Shown: positions 37,827 through 49,805 of the stretch, one piece after another
How positions within the stretch are numbered: the first letter of the stretch is position 1
Layout of the letters: each line of letters opens with the position of its first letter
From: Bilabrum cf. latius
Taxonomy: Eukaryota
Reading direction: 5' to 3'
Length of the DNA stretch: 64,000 nucleotides
Assembly (NCBI GenBank): GCA_965178125.1
Contig: OZ237739.1
Span: 992,001 to 1,056,000, forward strand
Program-made: the position numbers and the translations under genes
The notes under the pieces: generated by a model
The model's input: the letters and a program-made list of their open reading frames with translations, nothing else
Told to the model about the DNA's origin: nothing
Databases searched by the model: none

Positions 37827-40800
37827 ATGCGTTCGCTGGCAGTGCTGAGTGTACTAGCCGTATGCATGTGCTGCATTCGTGCTGATGACCCGCCCAGAAG
37901 CTTGAGGAATGCCCGCAGGATTCGCCCCATGCACCGCAAGTCGAAGCAATCGGTTATTAATCCCGCCCAGGAGGTCTCGAAGCACGATGTCGGTGAGACT
38001 GAAGTCAGCTGCGCCCAGAAACACACGATTGTATCTCATACATTTGCCTTCTCCTGGTATGCGCTTCCGCCGGCCCTCGCAGATGGGTCCGCTCCCGCCG
38101 TGAACTCGCACGATCTCAAGCATGCGCCCGGCTCGCACCCCCAAAACCAGGACTCAACCGGCCAGGAGCAACGCCCAGTGGATGATCAATGCATGCATCA
38201 TGTCTACTGGATGCACCTAGAAGACGAGCTACCGGCCGACGACTTCGTCTCGTTCGTCACCAGCACGGATCCCCGCACCCTCGGTCGCGCCATGCGGGAC
38301 GCTGCCACCGCCATGTCTAGCGCCCTGCGCGACGTGCAAGCGGCAGATGCAGACACAGGGGCCAACCATCGGCAGAAGCAAGACAGCATCGTAGCGGAAG
38401 ATGGCGGTCGCCCCGATCCCATGGCCCGCACGCACCACCTCGTGGCCTCGTGCACAAAGCAGCTCGCCAGCCTCACCACCATCCCTGGCAACGCCGCACC
38501 CGTCATCAAGCCCATCTGCCAAGTGCAAGCGGCTGTGCAGTCCGTCGCCTTCCAAGCCGCCGCGCGCCCTGACATGCGCATCGCGTGGAGCCTCGTGGCA
38601 GCAGAGGCCGAGCGGGCGGTGCTCGCTACCTCCGCTATGACGCTGGCCCACCTGTCGGGTGGGATGGACAGGCCTGACCCCGGCCTGCAGTACAGGCACC
38701 ACATCACTATTGGCGGATACGCGCCTGACATCGCTCACAGCGACCAGCACGGAGCCCCTCGCACCTTCTGTGACACCGCGCTGGGGGCTCTGGTGGAGCG
38801 CATGGAGGTGGCTGGGAAGAAGCCCGGGGCCCCACTACTGGTGCCTGGCCTTGGTCCAGTGCATGAGCTGCTGTCAAAGATCAAGAGCCTGGGCGAGGCC
38901 AGCATGGGCAGTGGAGCCTTGATCCCGCAGTCGCCGTCCATCGGCATGGCAGCCTGCACGGGGCCCAACATGCATGCGCTGCTGGAGTAGGCCACGAGCC
39001 GGTTGGTGGAAGCAGCACAGTCCAGCCCACTGACAGTGGACCAGAGCAGAGCAGGGGACTGCCAGTGCAGCTGTGACATGACGCTGTCGGGTACAGAATC
39101 AATCCAAGGCCATCGACCGATGGAGCAGAAGGACAGTCTCGCCCTGCTGCAGTCTGCATCAGAGCACTTGCAGGGCTCTGGGATTCCTCTGTTGGACGGT
39201 GTGTACAGGGTCCCACAGTCTCCAGCAGGCGGTTGCGGTCCATGCAGTCTCCCTTGCTCGGCGGACGGCTGCGCAGGAGTGTGCCCCTGCGGTCAAGGAG
39301 CTGCGGAAGGCGCAGGAAGTGCCGCAGACAAGAAGGACCAAGTTCTCTCGACCGCTGGAGGATCTGACAAGGCTAGCACTATGCGATCAGGGGGCGGAGC
39401 TGCAGCTGCAAGCAGCGATATCGGACAGGCGAGCCAAGTCGTATCCATGCAGTCCAATCCGTTGGTGCGCATGAAGGCAATACACGACTCTGGCATTGAT
39501 TCGCAAGTAGTCGCCGCCGGCACCACCGAGGATGCTGCTTCAGCTGGTGCTGCTCCTCGTCGCCAGGCAGATGACACATCAATGCGCATGGAGGCATCAG
39601 GTGTCGAGGGTACAGGCGCTGCTGCGCTGCCGTCCAAAGTGTCCGGCGCCGCCAGTGGTAGTGGAGCATCCGACGCCGCCACTGGCAGTGGAGCTGGCGT
39701 CGCCGGTCCTGCTACGCCAGATCCAGCTACAGTGGACAAAAGTGCTAGGTACCAGGTCGTGTTCGTGATAGATCAGGCTGTCGTGTACACGTATGAACAA
39801 TTCCAGTCAGCCCGCGACTTCGATGAGCTCGAGGAGGAGCTATTCGCAGCAACTGGGGGCCACGTGTACCCGGGGTCAACCAGCCGGGTCACCAGAGGAG
39901 CCGCGATGCGCAACCGGGAGATTCGGAACTCTAAAGATGAGGTATGCGGGATTCGGCGCTACCCTGCATACATGCCGTATCACCGCTTGTCTACTCACGG
40001 AACCTTGGTTGCATCGCTGGCGGCATCTGGAACCGAGTCCATCATTGTGCCGATCAAGATACATTGCACCTCAGGGCGCTGGAACACAAAGCCAACCGAC
40101 TTGCAGCTCAAACTACCAAATGAAGATGGTAGCTACGGCCCCGATGGCAAAGGCGGCGCAGGAAGCGCAAGTGACACAGGTCAGAGCTGTACGACAGACA
40201 TCGCGTGGGGTCTTGCCATGGCACAGCGAATGGGCAAACGAGTCCAGGCGGCTGTGCGTGCTGCACGTGGTTCCGTGTATCGAGAAGGCTCCATGCTGGG
40301 AGTGGTTCAGATCACGATTTCAGAGAGCGAGGAGGACAAATTCACGGCTCCGTAGACCGAAGAGCTCAAGCGACTTGTAGCAGCCCTTGCAAAGCTCGGC
40401 TTCGTGACCGTCGCTGCCGCGGGTGCTGAAGGCTCCGACACGCACTCTGAGCTACCGAGCTCTCTCGAGGACGTGATCGCTGTTGGCTCCCACAAAGTCA
40501 TTCCAGTGGCTGATCATGCCAGCGCTGCACATGATACTCCAGTGGATCGATCGGAGTCCTCGGACTGGGGGCGCACTGTTGACATTTTCGCGGAGGGCGA
40601 GGGTATCCCGAGTATTCGACTGGCCACAGAAGACGTCCCGAGTGCTGGACATGGGACAGCAGCGGCGGCATCAGCAGCTGCGCCAGCACCTGAGCCTCGA
40701 CCGCGTCCAGATGGGCTCGAGGCCTCGATGGTTGTCAGAGAGCCCGGAGCTCGCAACGAGCAAGGCACTTCGTTTGCGTGCCCTAGAGTGACGAGAGCTC

Positions 40801-42038
40801 TCACCATCATGGCAGGCAGTCTCGCGATCGTCCGGTCGGAGAGGCTCCCAGCTCTGGACCTGCTGCTCAGTAATGCAAGGGACATGGAACTCGGCGAATA
40901 CAATCTGAAGGGCCCGAGGAAGGGCGAGATGGGCTATTCAGACCAGGAGCGCTCCAAACGTATCATGCTCGGGGACGTCGACTAGCCGGGAGCCTGGACC
41001 ACCCCAGCCACCTCGCTTCTGCCTGAAGACTGCGCACATTGCGGTGGCGGCGCCAAGTCATCGTGCCATCCGGTGTATAGGACGTGCTACTGCGGCTGCT
41101 TCATGACCCTTGATAAACACTTCCAATGCGTTTGGTCTGGGAGTGCGCCGCAGCTGGAGCTAAGACTTGTTGAGGGTACCTCGCAGCATGGTGGATCAGG
41201 CCCAAAGATGGCACACGCTGTTCCATCCATGCTGCAACACATGCGACTGGAACACATGCTGCGCACTGGCAGCAGTACACGGGGCGAAGAAGAGCCGAAG
41301 ATAACTGGGTTGGCTGACGAACAGGACGGAAGCGAGGACCAGATCAAAGTGAGCGGTCAGACCACCTTAGTATCCATCAACATGGGCAAAGTCACTGTGC
41401 AACCTGTCATCCACGCCGATGCTGGGTCACGTGCAACACCCACAGCTGGATCGGCTGGTGCTTGTCGCTCCAGTCCGGGTAAGCAGTCCACAGGCACGCA
41501 GGCGCACTCGTTTCTGCCGCGTACCCAATGGGATGCGCCATTTCTTGCACGAAGGAGCGCTGACGGTCAGGTTGGTTGCAGCAGCGAGAGCAGTGACGAG
41601 CGGGCATTTGCAACTGCCACAGTCAAACTATGCCTGCCCGCCTCAGGCTCACCTTGCCCTTTCTGCTTCGGAAAAGTTCCTGAGGCTACCGCTGTGACTG
41701 TGTAGCTGTACGATGAGTGTCCGTGGGTGCTCGAGAAGGAGCAGAAGGGCCACTTTGCCTCGCTGGACCTTTCCATCCCGACCTGTGGTGACGCTGTTAA
41801 GCCGGCGGAAATCGCAGTACAGGTGTACTGGACTCCTGTGGACACGAGGGCCAACCCGAACAGACCTCTTAGGTCCAAGCACAGGTCCTGTCAGGGCGCT
41901 GAAGAGGGCTTGAGGTGGTTCCTGAAAGACGTGCATACTACGAAGCTGTACGTTGCCATCCATTGGACCGAACCCGAGACAGTAGAGCTGCTGGCATGGA
42001 GAAGTGCTATCGCGCCTGTGCTGCCGCGTGAAGAGTAA
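37827..42038 (+). CDS. Secreted subtilisin-like S8 peptidase, paralog B (~1403 aa unspliced)
   Basis: Signal peptide; VVFVIDQAV, HGTLVASLAA, VAAAGAEG, VIAVGS, SSDWGRTVDIFA, GTSFACPRV. TAGs at 38988, 40353, 40983, 41703; TAA at 42036-42038 aligns with paralog A's TGA. Possible in-frame intron 37993-38082. Confidence 0.8.
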
Positions 42039-42336
42039 AGTCCACCGTGGCGCCGCGACGATCGCGCACGCAGGGTCCGTGTGAATCCTTCCAGCTGCTG
42101 ATGGGTATGTTGGCCTCATCCAGCTCACGTGTTGTCCGGGGCAGCTTTCTAACGATTCCTCGTCTGTTACGAATATTATGTGTTGCAGTGCCTAAGAAGG
42201 CATGCAAAATGCTACACTACACATTGCTTGGCTAGATATCTGATCTTTCTGAAACCGAGTACAAGCCATGCAATATCGGACACAAACCGCCAATAACGAG
42301 ACAATGATCTGATATTACAAAATCCAATGGCACGTG

Positions 42337-43916
42337 TCACGACAGCACGCAGCACCCGGGCACCGAGCACGACCACCACCCGAAATAGATCGACCTCCGA
42401 TTCACCTCGCGAGCCAGCGACTGACGCACCAGCAGCGCGCAATCATCATGCCCATTCGACATGGCCGCCTCAAGCGCGTCTTGTGACCACCACCCGACTT
42501 GAACCTTCCTCTCCGCACCGCCTGCCATCACTCCCAGCCTCAGACGCTTGGCCAGCTCCAGCGGCCGCCCCTCGGCTGCAGCCCGCCACACCAGCCCTGC
42601 ATTCTGCTGGGCCTGTGCTGCGCGACGGTGCCTGACCATGGCCCAGACCCTGGATTGTGTAGAGCGCATGGCTTGCAGTCGAGGCAACACGGTTGGAACC
42701 AGGTAATCATCTGGGCGATTTACTCGACCAGTGGTCCACTCGAAATGCACGATGCGCGGATTGTCGATCACTGCATCAGCTGTGCGGTAGTACTCCTGAT
42801 AGAACTCGCTCCGCCGTTGATAGAGGTACTCATTCGAGTTGTAGGCAACCCCCAGTGACCGCAGCGCCTGATTCTGTCGGATGGCTGCACGCAAAGCATC
42901 CATCGCGATAGGACTGCCAGTCGGAGGAAGTCGGATCTCAAACTGCAGCACCAGATCCCGGATGCTCCTGTTCTCCCGCACGATCCGTGCCACAGAGCCG
43001 CCCATTGCGTCGTACCCTTTGTGTGACATCGGCTGCAGGTTCACGTGCACCTGCACTAGAGTCCGGCTGCATGCCAGCACATCCGCCCATCCTCGCAATG
43101 TGCCGGCGCCTACCAAGCACAGGCCTGTATTCAAGTACCTCACGCTGCTGTTCAGCCCGATGGCATACCCTACATATGCGTTCCGGTCGATGAGTGTCTG
43201 CTGCACGGGACCAGGAGAGTGGGAGCTTATTGTAATGAATCCAAGCAGCCCGCTCAGGCCCAGCACACGCACGCTGCACCTTGCGTCCTGCAGCACCGTC
43301 CCAAGACGCCTCACGCACTCCATCGGCATCCCATCGATGGACTCCCTCGTGTCCTGCACCAGCAGAGCGTCCAGCCGGCCATCAACACCATCCCACAGCA
43401 TCGCTGGTGACAACGCCTCCATCGCTCCAGCCTTCCAGTCACAGTCACACAGATGCAAACAGCGCAACCCCTCATCGTCGCCTCCCATGCACACCATCTC
43501 GCACAGCAATCGGCCCGCTGCACCATCGATCGTCTCGCCAACGAGGCGCAGCGATCGCAAGCGCACTCCGTCGGCTCCCATGGCAGTCTGCAGGCGCTTG
43601 AGCGCATCGGTACCGGATCCTGCAGGCATGCTACCGCGGGTGTATCCTCGACGGACGCAGCCTACAAACTCGGCAACCGACGTGCACTGTGGTGCGAAGT
43701 CGTTCCTGCCTCGTTTGTGTCGTTCTTGCATGCCATCGGATCCCGCCTGCATCCAGATGAATACGCAAAATACAAAGTAATGATCAAACATGGAAACGCA
43801 TAGAGCCATCGCGGGAAGGTCGATTCGGAAATGGATTTCAATGAACTCACAACCAGTTCAATGTCTCTTGCTGGACTGGTGAAGAGATCGATAGGCCTGT
43901 TTCGAGCTTGGTCCAT
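42337..43916 (-). CDS. LRR-ankyrin-CaaX protein, copy 6, subfamily B (~491 aa, no TAG)
   Basis: Exon 2 is one uninterrupted ORF even in the standard code; intron 43747-43850; ends PGCCVLS-TGA. Confidence 0.85.
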
Positions 43917-44156
43917 ATATGCAATCGGGCTTAGAATGTCTTGTGAAGGAAAGTGTAGATGCAGCAATGGGTAGCCCAGGTGAGGATCCCGAAAAAGGCA
44001 AAATTCCGGGTGGATCCGGCCAGCAGACAATGCATTGCATAAACTTTGCTTGAGGCCGCATCAAAGTCAAAGTGATCAAGGCCTGGCCATGACCATCAAT
44101 GCATGTCTCTGACCCAATGACTGCCTATCTCCCCGTCGCCATCCCGACGAAGCGCA

Positions 44157-45734
44157 TCACTGTCCCAAGCCTGCCACACCGGCTCCTCCACGCGCCGCCC
44201 CACCCGAAGACCCCATGCCTGCACCCCCCACTCTCCGACCGCCTCCCCCGTCCACGACCCCATTCCCTCTCCTAGCCCCAGCCCCAGCCCCAGCCCCAGC
44301 CCTCCTCCCGCCCGCCTTGGCCTTCCGTCCAGCCGCCTCCCGCTGCACCACCCACGCCAGCAGCCATCGCATGTTCACTGCCGCGGCTGCCAGCGCCCTC
44401 GCCCACTCCCCCTCCCGGCACTGCCTCAGCTGCATGTGCAGCCCGCCCGCCAGGCTCTTGGACACGTCCATGGCGTACGGAAGCACCAGGCTCCTGTCTC
44501 TCCGCTGAGCCTCCTGGCACAGCTCGCCGATGCAGAAGCACAGAGCGCCCAGGGCCTGGTCCAGCGAGCTGGCCCGGAAGAAGCCGCTCTGCTGCTGCAG
44601 CCGGAACTGAGCCCCGCTGCCCACGGTGCTGGTCAGGTATGTGGAGCAGCCCATGGGCACCACCTGGTACTTGCTGGGAGGCACGCCCATCCTGGTGGCC
44701 ACCGCAGAGACCATGGAGGCCAGGCCACCGAGGGACGCGTTCTGCTCGTCTGGCGTGATGCCAGAGGCGGGGGAGGGCTCGCCGAGCCTGCACCCGTTGA
44801 TGGCGAGGTGTGGCCCTAGACGGGTCACTCTGAATATCTCTGCGAGCACGCTCACACCGGCGAGTGCCTCCAGCTGTGCCTTTCTCTGGACGATGGCACG
44901 CCGAGATAGGCTGATGGAAGTTTCTGCGGCTGTTTCGCGCGCCTGGATGGCTGCCAACGTCTCTTCATCGGCCTCTAGCCTCTCCCGAGCCAACTGGCGT
45001 ATCCTGTCGATGCGAGTCTGCCGCTGCGTCAGTGCCTTATGCCGCTGTTCTTCCGCAGCAATCATCTCCAAGAGAGTCTCTTCTGGAAGTTCTTCGAGTC
45101 TGCGGCTGTCTCCTTGCGGCTATTCGGCTGTGCTGCTTACCACTTCTGCTGCTGCTGCTGCTTCTCTGGACCCCGATGCGCTGGCGGCGGGTGAAGGGTC
45201 GTGTGCAGCCCCGCTAGCTGACTCGAATTCGCTTCCAATAGAACCGCGCCCTCGTTTTCGCCTAGAGCGCTTCCAGTCGGACAGAAATTCCTCCTCGGCA
45301 CGCAAACGGAGCAGTCGATCCTCCGCATAGTTTACGGCATCTCGCGAGCAAACATCGCATAGAGGCATCAGGACTCCCGTGAGCTCACTAACCGCAACTC
45401 CGAACGCATGCGCAAAGCCCTCGTTGTCACCAGCTTCGAACGCTTCGTCCATTGCACCCTCTAGCGGAAAGCTCTCTGCAGCCGATGCGCGACGCGTAGA
45501 TTCGATCGATTCCGGAAGCTGCGGAAGGGCGATCGTACTAGATTGCACTGATCTAGCGTCTTCAGAGCCTGCCCTTGAGCCAATTTCTGCAGCCGGAGGC
45601 AGGCCCTTGAGCATACCAACTGACGCAAAGATATCGCTTATCCGCTCGTGGTAGTCGCGAGGAATGTCTGACACGTTCATCATAACACAGCATTCCGGAT
45701 TTTGGCACCGAATTCCACCGTCATCCGCATCCAT
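44157..45734 (-). CDS. ATG6: Autophagy protein Atg6/Beclin-1 (~525 aa)
   Basis: N-terminal CQxxxC, PLCDVC, coiled coil, then BARA motifs AINGCRLG, EQNASLG, YQVVPMGCSTYL, LDQAL, LPYAM, EWARAL...NMRWLLAWV. One TAG at 45120; TGA stop. Confidence 0.9.
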
Positions 45735-45888
45735 GGCAAATCAAGCTAGAGATCGATGCGAATCGAGCTTGATGATTCGCTCCAGTGTTTTCTTCGACAT
45801 ATCAGCGAACCACACACGAACGTTCTTTTCGACGCAAATAGCAACTTTCGATCATTCTTTGCGTTTCCTTTGGTAGGCACTCACTGTC

Positions 45889-48800
45889 ATGGCAGCGACT
45901 TCCTCAGGAAGTACGCCCGTAGGTGCGGCTCTCCGCCGGGCATCGCGCTCGGCATCAACCAGCGATTTGCTTGAACGATTCAAGCCCCCCGGGCCGACCG
46001 TTCCTCTTCGATTTGTTAGAACTATAAGCATAGATCGCGGGCACAAGGTGTCATGCGGCGACAAGTATAATGCCAGTGATGTTATGAGGAGCGCAGTGGC
46101 TCACGGGACGTTTGAGAAGCGCCAAGGGTCCGGCTACCGCCGCTGGCAACGGAGACACTTTGCATTGTTGCCGATGACGATGCTCATGTACTACTTGAAC
46201 CCCTCAGATACAGAAGCATACGGGTGTGTACTTGTTGGACCTCATGCTACAGCTCGCGTTGTTGAAAACGACAAGGAAAAGAAGTTCGAACTGCACCTAT
46301 GCCCCTTTCCGTCGGCGGGAAACGACAAGATCGTCACGCTCGGCTTTCCGAATCGTACCGATGCAGAGCACTGGAGAGATGCAATATTAAATTGCCGCTA
46401 TGAGCACCTGCAATCCTAGGTGCACAGCATGCAGCGCAACCAGGAGCGACTGCACGGCTTCTACACTTCCATCGAGGGCCTGGCCCACTCGAGGAAGGAG
46501 CGCCTGGACGAAATCAACGAAGAGAAGGATGCGGCGCTCCAAGAGTGTGAGAGACTCCGGGATGAGCTCAGGCGCCGCGACGCGGCAACCGCGGAACTCC
46601 AGCGCCAGGTCGGGGCCTGCCTCAAGGCAGAGAGGCTCCTCCGTCAGTCCCTCGCTCGCAGCCTAGACCACAAGGAGGTGCAGAGAGTAGAATCGGAGTG
46701 GAAAACAAGCAGAGAGCCGGGGTGGAAGCGCGACCGCGCCAGGCTTCGCCAGGCCATGGCTGGTGCACCCGCACCGCCCAGCCCTGACCAGCCCGCTGTG
46801 CAGTCCCAGTCGCCCCCGCAGTCATCGGGCTCATCGGCTCTACGGACTGCGCCGTCTGCTGGTGCATCGCCTGCGGTTGGTTCTTCAGGCTCAAGCTTAA
46901 CGTCCTAGGCCTCCCTTGACATCGACTGCCGCACGTTGCCGCCGGCATGGCGCGTGGACGGAGCAGATGAGCTGCTTGCCTCCCACCTTCAAGGTGCGCC
47001 CTCTGAGCTCGAGCTCGACTCTCCCGACAAGCCGAACTCGCGCGGAGATTATGGCGCTTTTGTTGATGGGTACACCACCCAGCACACGGTTTTGGACGAG
47101 CCCGCTCTAGGCGAAGCCGTGGCTGCGCTGGCTGCCCGTCTAGATTTCGGAAGCGCGCTAAGCAAGCAGAACAGGGACTCGTTCGCCAAGATGGTGCAAG
47201 CCACTCTGACAGTGAAAGAGAAGTACAACCAGGTCTTAAACTCCCTCCTCTCCGAGCGCAGACGCAGCAGGAGTCGTAGCCACAGCCGGGGCGACGGCAG
47301 GAACCGAAGCAGGAGCTTCACGCGACATCCTGGCGGATCGCTACAAGCAAGCGGCCAGCAGCGCAGGTCCACAATGGCGAGCCCGCTAGCCAGTCGGAGG
47401 TAGGGATCAATCCCGAGGATGTCTCCGTTGAAGGACGGTGCGGCGGACGCCGCGGGGATCGGTCGGTCACAGTCGGTTGCGGACGTGGTTGGCCTCGATC
47501 TGCACGACGATCGCGCGCATCATGGTGCCGGTGAGGCAGGCGCGACTGCCGGTCTGTACGCGGTTGGGGCGCGGGCTTCGACCGGCTCGTTCTCCACTGG
47601 GAGCAGTACCACCGGCGGTGTCACTGTGCCGGGGCGGGGCCGCACCGAGAGCTTCGCAAGCGTGGGGTCTAGCATCGGCGTGAGAGACGCTGAGGTGTTT
47701 AGCGATACTGAGTCCGAATCTGGCAGCGATGGCGGTAAGGAGAGCCAGCACGGCGAAGTGGAGCAGCCCACCTACGAGTCAGGTGCTACTGGTACCGGTG
47801 CAGGGGACGGAGATGCCGAGGACGACATATTCAAGAGGGAGCGTGATGCAGTGGTGGCCAGGACGGCGAGCACTGCTACCCCGCGTGCCGCTGCACCTGC
47901 CCCCCCTGCGTCGTCTGCTGCCACTGCGGCACGACCAAGTGCCATCGTGGCCACGGCCCCAACTCCACCGAGACCCTTGATACCCGTGGATCCGCACCCC
48001 TGCAGGCTCTGGGTGCTGGCCATGACCGCGCGGCACCTGCCAAGGAGCGAGTTCCGCACGATGACGGGGGGCATGTGTAGGGCATGGCTCAAAATTCGCG
48101 CCTTTGGACACCTTACCGAAGGACAGAAGGTCTCGACTGCAGCCCTAGACGCAAACAAGGGCATTGCCGCGGTGTTCAAGGGTCCAGTGCAGCGTACGAG
48201 AGGGGTTGTGCCTGCTGCCAGCGGTGCCGGAGAACCGGAGACTGACTTGGACAAGCCCTCTGCCTCTGGCCTGCAGATGTTCTGGCTGCGAGTCACGGAC
48301 CACCTGGACATCGCTGGCAGCATCGTTCACGTGGATGTCATGCGCGAGGGCATGCGCCTGTTTGGCACTGACGCGCACGTCGGAACATCGGCGATTGACG
48401 TGTCGTGCCTCGAGGCATGGCCGAACCAGCCCCACGCCGTCTGGTGCGAGCTGCACAAGCCGCTCCGCTGGGACGTGGACAAGAAGAAGGCTGCTCTGAA
48501 TGCGGCCATGGCGGCGGCGCGCGCGGCAGAGTCCGGCAGGAAGTCTGCCGGCCCTCTCCGAGACGACAACGGAGACCCGCTGCCCTCGAGGCGGGAACGA
48601 CTCCTTCCAGTCGGTGGCCCCGCTGCCAACAAGCCTATTCCGAGTATCGGTCTGGTGCAGCGGTCGGCAAGCAGCATGCTGGAGGAAGAGGAGGCCGATG
48701 GGAAGGGCGACGATGCCGACGGCGAAGGTGTAGGGCTTGGTGATAGCGGGCCTCGCGTGATCCTTCGGCGTGAAGACTCCCGCCAAGATCGCTTTGCGGC

Positions 48801-49614
48801 GTCTGAATTACCTCCGCCACCTCTGGATACCCGGCCCAAGATCCTCCTGCAATTCGTCTACACGACAGCGCCTGGGGCTCTTCCTCGTTTTTTCGATCCG
48901 GCGCGGGCCAAGCGCCAGGCCTCCTCCCAGCAGGGCGCAGCCATGGGTGTGAGCCCCACCGGTGCCGACCAGCGAGAGCGCGGCTTCTCTGTGACTTCGC
49001 TGCCTCCTCCCACCATGGATGAAAAAACTCTGCAGGCAGCAGCGACAATGGAGGGGAGTGGAGCAGCAGCCGAGGCTTCCAAAATCGCCGGGGACGCACA
49101 GCTCGATCTGTCTAGGCTGCAACCTCGCCATCTAGACCCAGGTAGTGCGAGCAGCAGCAGCCTGAGCTTAGTCCCTGGGGGATATGAACGAGACCACGCC
49201 GGCTAGCCAGTTACAGGCGCAGGGGCTGAGATGCCAACAGGTGCTGCCGTCGCTGCAGCGACGCAAGCCGCTGCGGCCGCAGAGACAGAGCAGAGCGCCG
49301 ATGGGAAGTCTAACACGAAAGATACCAAGGTAGCAGGAGAACTTTCGGAGCGCGACAAGCTGCAGGTGCTGCGTCGAGAATACAAGAAGCTGTACAAGCG
49401 CCACAGGAAGCTGCGCAAGAAGGCAGTACTGATGCGCGACAAGCTCGTGCAGGTTGCGGCTCGCCGGCACATGGCGGGCCACCACAAGAAGCACGCAGAC
49501 TCGAGCCAAGAATCAGCTCCACCAGGCATGGCTGGGGCCGGTGGGGAACAGGACGGAGGGATTCGATTGGAAACAGCAGCCGACAGTCCGACGAGTCCTG
49601 GTAGGACGGAATGA
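45889..49614 (+). CDS. PH-domain, coiled-coil and possible C2-domain protein (~1241 aa)
   Basis: PH motifs HGTFEKRQG, RRWQRRHFAL, LMYY, DAEHWRDAI; C2-like RLWVLAMTARHLP...HVGTSAIDVS. TAGs at 46417, 46906, 47401, 49204; TGA stop. Confidence 0.8.
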
Positions 49615-49805
49615 CGCGGACCTGAAGGATCGCGAGGATGGGACGATGAAGAATGCACGTGACCGGTTCAGGCTTTGTCCGTGTTCTGACGCAGATCTTT
49701 ACGACACAACCACATCAAGAAACCAATAACTGGCCCAAGCAAGCCAAAGATCCCAACATGATCTCTTAGGCGAAGACGCAGCACCCATACAAAGGACCAC
49801 AGCCA

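Larger units (their letters stand above)
28415..38993. repeat. Large inverted repeat: arms ~28415-32725 and ~34682-38993 (~4.3 kb), spacer ~2 kb
   Basis: Paired coordinates sum to about 67407 throughout (28418/38990, 29611/37797, 30867/36538, 32391/35016, 32709/34698). Confidence 0.95.
34690..44880. repeat. Direct repeat ~34690-37260 / ~42330-44880 (LRR gene + Beclin 3' half)
   Basis: Offset about 7620-7640 (34698/42337, 36277/43916, 36538/44157). The second copy runs into the intact Beclin gene, so it is probably the source. Confidence 0.9.
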
